A model generated the notes under the pieces. It was not told the origin of the DNA and did not search any database. It was given only the letters and a program-made list of their open reading frames with translations. Shown here one piece after another: positions 14,201-26,800 of a stretch of DNA of 64,000 nucleotides. Position numbers and translations under genes: made by a program. Origin of the DNA: Octopus vulgaris. Lineage: Eukaryota. The first letter of the stretch is position 1; the number at the start of each line of letters is the position of its first letter. The stretch is taken from contig OX597816.1 in the NCBI GenBank assembly GCA_951406725.2, positions 77,624,001 to 77,688,000 on the forward strand, written 5' to 3'.

Positions 14201-17200
14201 TTTGAAACAAGTTTGATTTAAAAAGTTTTTTCAGTTTTATGTTTTAGTCCCTGTCATCTCATGGATTTAGTTTTTTTAGTCATGAAAAGTGTCAAAGGAT
14301 ACCAATGGATACCATGCTTTTTTTTTCCTGTTATCTAATGCAGGGTTTCTCATGAAAAAATTCTAGTATTCTGCAATATAAGATGATTTTTAATCAAATT
14401 TGATAAATATAAATTGTACAAAAAAAGGAAAAAAATTTTTCACTATTTTCAAAATAATAAATCATAACTTGATTTTTAGACAAATAAATTCTCTCTCTAA
14501 AATAATTTTTGCTTCCTTCAATGTGTTATCAAAACAAGGGTGGCAAAGGTTTGTTTGTTCAATATAGGTATGTGTTCCATGGTTTTTGGAGAATTATATA
14601 AGGGTTTCATGTTTTTTTTTTATATAAGGATTCTGCAAAAGATTCGTGAATTCAGTCTACCTTGAGTACAGGTACATAAACAAGCTAAATATAACACTTG
14701 ACAATAAACAGACCACAACATTTGTAATGAAACCTGATGATGAAATGAAGTCAAACTTTATTTTGTCCCATTGGTGTTAATGTTTGTTATATCATATGTA
14801 TTTATATTTATTATTACTTTACTTTGCAGGCGTTCAACTAGAATAAGTGAAGCCGAACAGAGAGAGATGGCTGAGAAAATCCGTCAGGAGAATCGTCAAA
14901 AAGAAAAAGAAGCCCAGGAAGCCATGAAGAAGCAATCAGAAGAAGTTTCACGGGTAGAACAGCAACAGTCAGAAGTTGCTGAAGTTTTGGGAGATGCAGA
15001 AGCTAGCAGTGTTGTTGTTACAAAGCCAGATGCTGTAATGGACTTAGTGCAGCCTCTCATTACCTCTACTCCAGTTAAGAGTGACCAGCTAAATACTTCT
15101 CTAGATACAATAACAACATCGACGTCAAATACAACATCAACACCAACTGCTGCTACTGCTATAACTACTGGCATCACCTCTATTATTACTACTACTGCAA
15201 CTACTACTACCGCAACTATAACTGACACTACTGCTGCTACTAGAGGGCGAAGCAGAACTCCAAGAAATAAGGCCAAAATCTTAAATAAGGACACACCAGT
15301 TGGTGTTGGTCGAGTGGCTGTTGCTAAGGGGGGTTCAGCTAAAGGAAAAACGACAGCAGTTGCTGGAAGAGTAAGTGTTCCAGAACCCTTCTTACTACTA
15401 CTATAGTTTTTTATTTAAATTTCCACTTTCTACATATACTTGGGTCTCTTTTTTTAAATAAACTGGGCCATTTGTTTTTTTCTCCTTTACATTTGCATGT
15501 AATAATTTCCTTTGCATGATTTAAGTAATAGTTATAGCTAGATAAAGTAATAGCGCATGGGGCTTCCCACTGATGATAGAAGTTTTTTCCCTCATTATCA
15601 GATTCCACTCTGTTCCAGACAAATTCACTCTAACTTCTCAATAGCACAATCTACTTCTTTGAGAATAGTTTCTATATTTCTTTAGAATTAACACTTGAAG
15701 GAAAATATTCAGTTTTCTTTCACAATCTGTATGTATTATAGGGTCATCATTCTGGGATGGTTCAAGGCTTCTTAGGGCTAGTGCTTTATTGTTAGATACC
15801 TTAGGTGTTCATTTTAAAATAGATACACTAAATTGAGCAGTATTTTTTCTTTGTCTAATAAGTAAAAGAAATTGTATAATAGTTTTACTAGTTTCATTAC
15901 TTGAGCCAACTCAGCACTTATGTCTACCTTTTGTTCTTACTTTTGACTAGTCAGTTGTGTCATAACATTTATAATTACTGTTCTTTCTCCTATTCAGAAT
16001 TTTTCCTAAATTAAATTAACTCAGACCATGATGATGATGATACGTCAAATCTGCTTACACCCTACTGTTCTGTATTAATCTGTTCTTAGTTTATTCATAT
16101 TCATTCCGTTGGTTGCTTTACCTTCTATCTTACTCTTCTTCTTAACCATAAAACTGTGCTCATTTTCTTTTTTTTAGCTGGAACATCATGATAGATTATT
16201 TAGATAAGATAATGTATACAATGCTCAGGTGCACTACAACTCATCAAAAAGCTAGCCAAAGTGCATGAACAGGACATGGAATGATGCATGGAAAATAGTT
16301 AATATTTCTCCGTGTTTGCAATGTGTATCATTATCTCTGACAACAACAGAAGATGCAGTGTCATAGAACATCCTGTTCACATTGCTTTGAACTTTCTAAA
16401 ATTTCAACTGCATCATTATTTTCTTGATATTAGTTTTAGGGACAATTAGAAATGATCTTAGGAAAAAGAATGTTTCATAGAAATCTCTATATTTTAACCT
16501 GTTTAAACAAATTAACTGATAGTATCCAGGGAATTACAAATAGAAGCCTTTTACTTGTAAAGTGTTCTCTTTATTGAAATTCCTATTAATTAGTTGTGTA
16601 ACTTATTAATATATATATATAACTTGTTTTAATTATTTTCAGGGCCGTGCACGTGGCAAGGCAGTTGGGAGTAGTACTTCACGAAAGAAAAAAGGAGATT
16701 CTACCACAGTTGACAATGAGAGTAATGGAGAAGTAATAGATGATTCTGTTACAGACTTGGCTTCAGATTCTGAAAAAGACATGTCTGTTGTATATAAAGC
16801 AGAAAGCACTTCAAACTCTGAACAAGCTAACAAATCTGTGTGTGAAACAGCAAGTCGGCCTGTGCGCAAACGCATGAAAAAAGTTATCAGAGACATTCCA
16901 CTCCAGAAAGAAGTCTCAAAAAAGTCTGGGAAAGCTAGTGTGAAAGGCAAGAACAATACTGGTAAAAATAGTGTGAAGGGCAAGAAAAATATTGGTAAGA
17001 AAACGGTTTCCACACCAACAAATCGAAGTGTTAATATTGCAGAAAGTAGTGAGTCGAGTGATGATACAAGTCTTAATCTCTCTAGTATTGTCTCAGCTTC
17101 AGCTGATTTGTTATCCGTTTCTGGTCAAATCAGTGAGAATAGTATGTTGCTATCACAGACAAATTCATCAGCAGATGGTTCTCTTCAGTCTCCTGCAAGT

Positions 17201-17815
17201 AGTGCTTTGTGCAATTTACTACAGCCTCCTGACAAAGATGGGGCACAGACTGTTTCTGATTTATCGGATAGTTTTCCTCTGGCAAAACTTCAAAAAGGCA
17301 TGTCTCCCATTTCTAAAACAGGAAGCAGTGTTGACAAGTTAGAGCCAACCGCAAGTGAAAAGTCCACTGTGCCTAAGACTCCACGAGGTAGTCGACGTCC
17401 TGCTATAAGTCAGACAAAATCCAAGAAAAAGAAAGAAGTACAAAAGGCTGATGACAGCGAAATTATTTTGAAAGGTCTGTCTGTTTCTCAGCAAGAGGAA
17501 ACAGCAAAGGAAGATGACGAAAAAGATGGTGAGACAGCAAAAGAAGCAAAGGAGAATATTGACGACAGCAAAGATGCTAATGTTAGTGGTAAAGAGCCAA
17601 CTGAGGAGAGTGATAAAGGCATTCCATTGATGAAAAGCGGGCGGCCTAAGAGACAAGCAAGGATACGTAAAGAAGAGCGAGAGAAAGCAGCAAAGGCTAG
17701 TGAACTGGAGGAGCGAGAGAAGAAAAAGCTGAAACGGAAGAGAAAACTACCTGTTAAAGATGTAAACAGTAGTGTAGAAGTAGACAAAACAACTGAAAAT
17801 GAAGAAGAAGAAGAA

Positions 17816-17847
<32 letters not shown>

Positions 17848-20800
17848 TGAAGAAGAAGTGCCTCTATTTCGGTTGAAAAAGATGCAGAACTCTGCTGATG
17901 TCAAGGTAAGCTTTACATTAAGGATTTTGTAATTCTTTAGTTTTTAAAACATGCTAATTTCATCTCTTTATAATTACTAAATTAGTTTCTTTTGGTTTTA
18001 CCATTTTACAAAATCCTTTTATTTATTTATTTATTTAGTGTTATTAATAATGCTACTTATAATTTTTGTAACGAGAAGGTAGTGGGTGTAGATGCTGAAG
18101 AACCAGATTATGTTTTAGAGTATTTGGCTGTCTCATGCCTCTGAATTCAGTTTCTGTTGGGACTGTGTTTGCCTTTCATTATGTTAGGATCAGTAAAATA
18201 AACACCAGTAATATGCTGGAATGACATATTGACTGCCTTATACAAGGGTGTGCTGAAAAGGTCCTGGCTTTGGGTAAAAGAAAATACAGGAGCAGTTAAT
18301 TATGATTTTATTCAACATATTCCTCTCTCAGATTTGCACACTTGTTCCAGCACTCCTTCAGTTTTTCTAAGCCCTGTAAAAGAACTCTGAAGGTTGGGCC
18401 TTCAACCAGGCCTTTAAAGATACCCTTAAAGTCAGGAACTTTTCAACTGTATGTGTGTGTTTTGTACATGTGGAAGACGTGTGTGTATGTATCATCATAT
18501 CATCATCATCATCATCGTTTAGCGTCCGCTTTCCATGCTAGCATGGGTTGGACGGGTCAACTGGGGTCTGTGAAGCTGGAAGGCTTCGTCAGGCCCAGTC
18601 AGATCTGGCAGTGTTTCTACGGCTGGATGCCCTTCCTAACGCCAACCACTCTGCGAGTGTAGTGGGTGTTTTTTACGTGCCACCTGCACAGCTGCCAGAC
18701 AGAGCTGGCGAACGGCCACGAACGGATGGTGCTTTTACGTGTCACCGGCACGGGGCCAGGCGATGCTGGCAACGGACACGAACGGATGGTGCTTTTACGT
18801 GCCACCGACACGGGGCCAGACAGAGCTGGCAAACGGCCACGAACGGACGGTGCTTTTACGTGTCACCGGCATGGGGGCCAGCCGAGGCTGGCAACGGACA
18901 CGAACGGATGGTGCTTTTACGTGGCAACGGACAAGGGGCCAGACAGAGCTGGCAAACGGCCACGAACGGATGGTGCTTTTACGTGCCACCGACACGGGGC
19001 CAGACAGAGCTGGCAAACGGCCACGAACAGACGGTACTTTTACGTGTCACCGGCACGGGGCCAGGCGAGGCTGGCAATGAACACGAACGGATGGTGCTTT
19101 TACGTGCCACCGACACGGGGCCAGGCAGAGCTGGCAAACGGCCACGAGCGAATGGTGCTTTTACGTATCACCGGCACGGGTGCCAGCCGAGGCTGACAGC
19201 GGACACGAACGGATGGGTCACTTAACCCCTGCTTTCTGATATATGATTTGATTTTGATTGTTCTCACTGGTCTTGCCGGGTCTTCTCACGCACAGCATAC
19301 TTCCATTGGTCTCGGTCTCTGGTCATTTCCTTGGTGAGACCTAGAGTTCGAAGGTCATGCTTCACCACCTCGACCCAGGTTTTCCTGGGTCTACCTCTTC
19401 CACAGGTCCCCTCAACTGCCAGGGTGTGGCACTTTTTCACACACCTATCTTCATCCATTCTCACCACATGACTATACCAGCGCAATCGTCTCTCTTGCAC
19501 ACAACATCTGATTCCTCTTAGGTCCAACTTTTCTCTCAAGGTATTTACACTCTGTCGACTATGAACACTGACATTACACATCCAACGGAGCATACTAGCT
19601 TCATTTCTCGCGAGCTTATGCATGTCCTCAGCAGTCACGGCCCATGTTTCACTGCCATGTAGCATGGCTGTTCGTACACATGCATCATACAGTCTGCCTT
19701 TTACTCTGAGCGAGAGGCCTTTAGTCACCAACAGAGGTAAGAGCTCCCTAAACTTTGCCCAGGCTATTCTTACTCTAGCCGTTACACTTTCAGCACACCC
19801 ACCCCCACTACTGACTTGGTCACCAAGATAACGGAAGCTATCAACTACTTCTAGTTTTTCCCCCTGGAAAGTGACGGAAGTTGTTTTCTGCAGATTTTCA
19901 GAGGTTAATGCTCCCGATCATCTGCCACATACAAAAACCATCTTCCTAGTTAGCCTTCCTATGACATTGCTGCACCTTTTATGTGTCCATAGCTTACACT
20001 TGGTGCATCTTATAGAGTTTCTACCTACACCTTATATATATATATCATCATCATCATCATCATCGTTTAGCGTCCGTTTTCCATGCTAGCATGGGTTGGA
20101 CGGTTCTACTGGGGTCTGTGAAGCCAGAAGGCTTCATCAGCCCAGTCAAATCTGGCAGTGTTTCTACGGCTGGATGCCCTTCCTAACGCCAACCACTCTG
20201 TGAGTGTAGTGGGTGCTTTTTACGTGCCACCCGCACTGGTGCCAGACAGAGCTGGCAAACGGCCACGAACGGATGGTGCTTTTTATGTGCCACCGGCACG
20301 AGGGCCAGGCGAGGCTGGCAACGGACACGAAACGGGGCGGTGCTGGCAACGGTCGCGAAACGGAAAGTTCTCTTACATGCCACCGGCACTGGCAACACAT
20401 CTGCAATTTCCATTGATCGATTTCCATTGATCGATTTCGATTCTGATCCTCACTTGCCTCAACGGGTCTTCACAAGCAGAGTTTCGACATGCCACCGGCA
20501 CTGGTAGCACATCCGCAATTTCCATTGATCGATTTCGATTCTGATCCTCACTTGCCTCAACACGTCTTCACAAGTAGAGTTTTGTGTCCCAAGAAGGGAA
20601 GGTATGCATACGTAGGCTGGCTCCATCCCATGTAGAAAGCCACGGGTTATGGACTCACTTGTCCTGCCGGGTCTTCTCGCGCACAGCACACTTCCAGAGG
20701 TCTCGGTCTCTAGTCATTTCCTCAGTGAGACCTAAAGTTCGAAGGTCGTGCTTCACCACCTCGTCCCAGGTTTTCCTGGGTCTGCCTCTTCCACAGGTTC

Positions 20801-23800
20801 CCTCAACCGCTAGGGTGTGGCACTTTTTCACACAACTATCTTCATCCATTCTCGCCACATGACCATACCAGCGCAAACGTCTCTCTTGCACACCACAACT
20901 GATGCTTCTTAGGTCCAGCTTTTCTCTCAAGGTACTTACACTCTGCCGAGTGTGAGTACCGGCATTACACATCCATCGGAGCATACTGGCTTCATTTCTA
21001 GCGAGCTTACGCATATCCTCAGCAGTCACGGCCCATGTTTCACTGCCATGTAGCATGGCTGTTCGTACACACGCATCATACAGTCTGCCTTTCACTCTGT
21101 GCGAGAGGCCTTTTGTCACCAGCAGAGGTAAGAGCTCTCTGAACTTTGCCCAAGCTATTCTTACTCTAGCAGTTACACTTTCAGCACACCCGCCCCCGCT
21201 GCTGACTTGGTCACCTAGGTAACGGAAACTATCAACTATTTCTAGTTTTTCTCCCTGGAAAGTGACGGAAGTTGGTCTCAGAGCATTTTCAGTGTTTATT
21301 GTTCCTGAGCATCTGCCACATACAAAAACCATCTTCCTAGTTAGCCTTCCTTTGACATTGCTGCATCTCTTATGTGTCCATAGCTTACACTTGGTGCATC
21401 TTATAGAGTTTCTACCTACACCTTTTCTACAGATCGAGCAGGGCCATCTACCTGAAGGTGTTTGTGATTTGTCTACCTTCCTACTGATTACGACTTTGGT
21501 TTTAGCTAGATTGACTCTGAGGCCCTTCGATTCTAATCCTTGTTTCCACACCTGAAACTTCTCCTCCAGTTCTGATAGCGACTCAGCAATTAGAGCAAGG
21601 TCATCAGCATAGAGGAGCTCCCAAGGGCATCCTGTCTTGAATTTCTCCGTTATTGCCTGGAGGACTATGATAAATAGGAGGGGGCTGAGTACTGAGCCTT
21701 GGTGGACTCCTACCTCTACCCGGAATTCTTCACTGTACTCATTTCCAACCCTCACCCTACTAGCGGCGTCCCTATACATGGCCCGCACAGCTCTCACTAA
21801 CCATTCATCTATCCCTAGTTTCCTCATTGCCCACCAGATAAGGGATCGGGGGACCCTGTCGAAGGCTTTCTCCATGTCAACAAAAGCCAGGTACAGGGGC
21901 TTATCTTTGGCTAGGTATTTCTCCTGCAGCTGCCTTACCAGGAATATAGCATCAGTAGTACTTTTCCCTGGCACAAACCCAAACTGCATCTCATCTAAAC
22001 TAACTCTCTCTCTAATTAGTTGGGCTATGACCCTCTCCGTAACCTTCATCACCTGGTCCAACAGCTTGATACCTCTGTAGTTATTTGTATCTAGGGCATC
22101 ACCTTTATATATATATAAATTGATGGGACTTGTATATTGTCAAAGGTATGTTTTTGTAGCAGACTAGAATCCTATCTGAGTAGTCTTTTTGTTTTCATGC
22201 ATGATGTCATATGTCATCAATGAATATTTGTTTACAACACCAATCTTCATACAGATTGAGCAGTGACATGAGTGGTCTGCATTGCATACTAAGTCATTTG
22301 CTGATGGATATGTATGTTAATGTGTCTTGGTGTGTGTGTGTATGTGTGCATGCTGTTAATTCCAAGCTTTGAGTAAGATTTGGTAGATAAGTCACATTTG
22401 TAAAAAAATTTATTGTGCTTGCTTTTTGAGCAAAAAGTTTTGACTTATCTATGAGTTCATTTTGTTTCATTCATTGGACCACAGCCATGCTAGAGCACTG
22501 CTATGAAGGGTTTTAATCAAACAAATCAACCCCAGTACTTATTTTATAAGTCTGGTACTTATTCTGTCAGTCTCTTTTTCTGACCTACTAAGTTACAAGG
22601 ACATAAACAGACACTAGTTGTCAAACAATAGCGGGAAAACAAACACATATATATATGACAGGCTTCCACACAGTTTCTGCATGCAAAATCCATTTACAAG
22701 GCATAGGTTAGCCTGGGGCTATAGTAAAAGAACCCGAAACCACATGGTTGCAAACCAAGCTTTTTAGCCACACAACCATGCCTATATCCTTCTTCACAAA
22801 ATATTATTGATATTTTTGTAACTAAGTAGATTAGGCTTTAGACTTATGCAAATGTCATGTTGTGTTTCTGGACAAGATAATTTATTCTTCATTTATTATT
22901 AAGAAATGAAAATTATTTATTTTTAATCATTCTTGATATTGTTTCTTGTATCATTTAGACTTCTTGTGTGAGCCATGATTTGCAGATCTTGTCATCAGCT
23001 TACTTAAAGTATTTAAAAAGAAGTTATTACTATAGTTGATAATATTGATTTTAAGGAAATTTCTTCTATTCATCTGAGTTGTTTCTTTGATAACTTACCT
23101 ATACGATTTCTTATTCCATATTATTATATACACATATTTCAGGCTGCCAGTTCAGAAGTGCCTGTAACGCCTGCCAAAAAGCTAACAAAAAAAGAAAAGG
23201 TAGTGTTTATAATTCACTTTCGAGACAATATGGTGTTTGCATGAAAACATAAATTGAAATAAACTTGTAGCAAGATATCCAGCTTAGTAATGTTCACTAT
23301 CTACAAACTGTTTTCCTAAAAGTTTAGTGCCAGCACACAAGGAAATTATTGAGAGATTAGAGCACCTCACAAGCATTCCTGTACGATTCCCAACTGGTCA
23401 CTCCCCTCAACCTTTTATCAATCTTTACAGATGTTGCCTACCTCCCTCTCCCACTTCCCCTGTACACTCATGCAAACCCCTCACACTCCTCACCCATTAT
23501 TGTCCCTGCTCCCTGAGGTGTCACCAGGACATCTCATCACCATTGTCTTTCTCTTTGGAGATACCTAGAATTCATTCTCTTTTCTCTTAGATGTGAGTAG
23601 CTGTGTAGCTCCTCAATAACAAGAACCTTCTCTGCCGTAACCCTTTTTATACTTTGACTCCCATCTAATATACAAAGGCAGCACCTTCCCTCCTTCCCTG
23701 GGTTTGTTCACTTGCCAGCTACATGGTGGCCTCACAAGTGCCAAGGCAGAGTTTATTGCAATATCTGCAAATGACCACCCAGGAACCAAAGGATGACTTT

Positions 23801-26800
23801 GTGCATCCCATAATTTAGAAGCTTTCTTGATTTGTAGATATTAGCCATGCCTTCTTGTCCATTGCCATGAGGACCTCTACTAAGTTTGCAACTAAGATGG
23901 CTCTATGAGTAGCACATTTACAAATAAAACAGCCACCTTTTATTTCTACACAACAGTATCTCTCCTGATCTCTACATCTTAAATCCATCTGTCCTGTCAT
24001 CATGTCCATACAGCTATGGAATATCAAAAATTTTTCCAACCACTCTAATCCAATAAGACAACCAGTCCTGATAGTTTCCCTTCCATTAATCAAATAATGT
24101 GCTCAAGAGCTAGAGCCAAATTCCAATCTCCCCTCCCCACTCCCCGTGGTGGTATGATAATCTAGTCAGTCCCAAAATGCAACTACTATATCTTCCCTAC
24201 AATACACAATCCCCAAACTTGCCACAAATACTTCACTTCACAATCTCTCATGATAACCACCCATTCTAGAACATTGTTAAACTTGTACCACACATGTTAG
24301 GGCCCTGCTTCATAGTCAGAAAACATGTTGTTCAGTTACTAAACCCCTACAAGGCACAAGTGCGACCCATTTAAAAGTCCTGTACCTTGGTTAATGCAGC
24401 AGATTGTCTCATCCCTTGAAATCTGCTTTGAGAATTACTGATTTAAACAGTTTTAAGTATTTATTTAGGGTGTTGAAATAGTAAATATCCCAGTATATGT
24501 TTTTGATATATAATTTTGTTGATCTTATCTGTTGTTTTCTTTACAGAAGGCAGCTGCTTTACAAGCAAAAGCTGAACAAGAAGAACTGGCTCGCCTTGAA
24601 GAGGAAAAAGCGAGACTTGCTGCTGAAGAGAAAGCTCGAGCTGAACAAAAGGCTCGGGCAGAAAAAGAGGCCAAAAAGAGACGGAAACAGCGCAAGTCTG
24701 AAGAATCTCTTGACAAAACAATGATAGATTTATTTAAGCCTGATGGAGTGATTGTCCATGAGTCTTCAAAGAAAGAAAATGAAACTGACATTCAAGCTGA
24801 TGCTGTCTCTCAGACTTTACCTGAGAAATCTTCTGTTTCCACTGCTACACCTTCTAGTCTTCAAAGCAGTAATTCTGCTGCAAAAACTGTTAGCTTTTCT
24901 TCTAGTGAACTACAATCTAAAGTTTCAACTACTGGGAATAAAACTGCCATTGCACCTAGCAAACCAGTCCATTCATCTCCCAGCCACCACAAACCATCTG
25001 TTGTAAGCTATTCTGTGAATTCCAGTCAAACTGATAGTGAGAAGATGTCTTCTGATAATGGCAAGGACATTCCATCTTCAATAGATGATAAAACAGCACC
25101 TTCTTCCAGTATGGATTCGGTTGCTTCAATGACTGTAGATGTAGCTGATAAGTTTGTCTCTGTTAATTTTGATCATACTGAAGAACCAGTCAGAGCTGAA
25201 ACCTCTTTAGATGAACCAGCACCCGAAAAGCAAATAAGATCTAAAGCTGATTCAGTGCAGTCAGCTTCTACTGAAACTCAATCAGCTACTTCAGTGAAAA
25301 TGGAAGCTGAGACTACCATGTCAAATGATGCCTTTACTGAAGATATCGATAATAAATCCTTAGCAGTGTCTATTGGCTGCCAAGCAGATGAAGATAGTGG
25401 TAAGTAATGGTTAATAAAATTGAGTTTGTACTTTCTTTTCATAGCCTTCGTTATCTATTTATACTTAGCCACTACTGGGCCTTGGAGTGATTCTGAGTAA
25501 TGAACTTACAGCTGTGAAAATTTCCCTTCAGAAGAGTGCATTACAAGAAGCAGTTTCTGCCTTAGAGTTCATGCACACAGACATTAACTATATATGAAAC
25601 CCAATATATTTGGTGCATCTATTCCTATAGACCAGGCATTTGTGATGAATGATCATCACAAATGAAAGGATTTGTCTTCCCCAAACTGATGTACTCCTAG
25701 ATTTATATTCATTGATGTGTTGCTCCATAGATACCATCTAGAAGGGATCATACAATTCACTAATTATTAATACACTAATCTCTAACTTGTCTATGTACTC
25801 CGTACTTCTTAGGTCTCTTCTGCTGCCTCTAACAGTAGCAGCAGCAGAAGAGATGAGTAAACTAGTTTACTACTAGTAAACTACCTACAACTTGAAACTT
25901 GCCTCCTTTCATCATCTCCTTAGCAATTTGTATCAAATGCTTTCCTCAATCCTTCCTTTTCTGAATTCAAATTCTCCCTGGAACTCACTCGATCATGCTT
26001 TTCTTAAAAACATTAAATGTAGACGTTTGAACTGAACAGCAGTCTTATTGCTTCACCCAGGCTGGAAAGGTCTGCAATAGCTATTGGTTGTGCCCCTCTA
26101 ATCATTAAACAAATATTTAGAAAGAAAAAAGAAAATTAAAATAATTTTTTTTCAGTTTGTTTATCAGTGATGCATAAATTATTTTACAGGTCATCTCACT
26201 TGCACATTCACGTCACCTACATTTGTCTCGTATAATACACAAATATGTACTTAGATGTTATTTTCCTTTTGCATTTTAGAATATGAATATGTTAGCTGCA
26301 CTGAGGAGATGGAAGATGACCGACATCTGCAACCGCGACTTCAAGGAAAAACCTGCACCATATGTAACATGGTGCAAGACAATCAGTAAGTTGGTTTCAT
26401 TGTACTACAAGCCATAAATCATCATTGTATAGCAATTCAAATACAATTCCTCTTACCACTCCTATCATTTATTAATCCTTTAGCATTCAGATTACTCTGT
26501 CTAATGTAATGCTTATTTATTCTTGTTGCTTTGAATTAATCATGCATTGTCTCATAGCTTGATGATATGATTTCTTCTTTCTTGAATGACATTGTTGGGT
26601 AGGTGTGAGAGGCCAAATATGACTGATTTGAACATAAAATAAATAGAATATTTGGGCCTGATCTGGTCAATTTAAATGCTAATGGGTCAAGAGGGTGTTA
26701 GATGACCAAAATGATAGATTGTTATATTGTGTGGTTTTGACCTTGGCATAGTCTTGTGACCTTGACCAAAGTACTTGGCTTTCAAATTACCCAATCCACT

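Noticed and set aside
18665-19216. CRISPR-like appearance of regularly spaced GC-rich repeats
   Set aside because: Intervening sequences are themselves repeated rather than unique spacers, there are no cas genes, the context is eukaryotic and the array lies in a LINE 3' UTR
18548-19225. 225-aa, 176-aa and 113-aa + strand ORFs
   Set aside because: Products of a stop-poor minisatellite read antisense to the LINE; no splice or domain support
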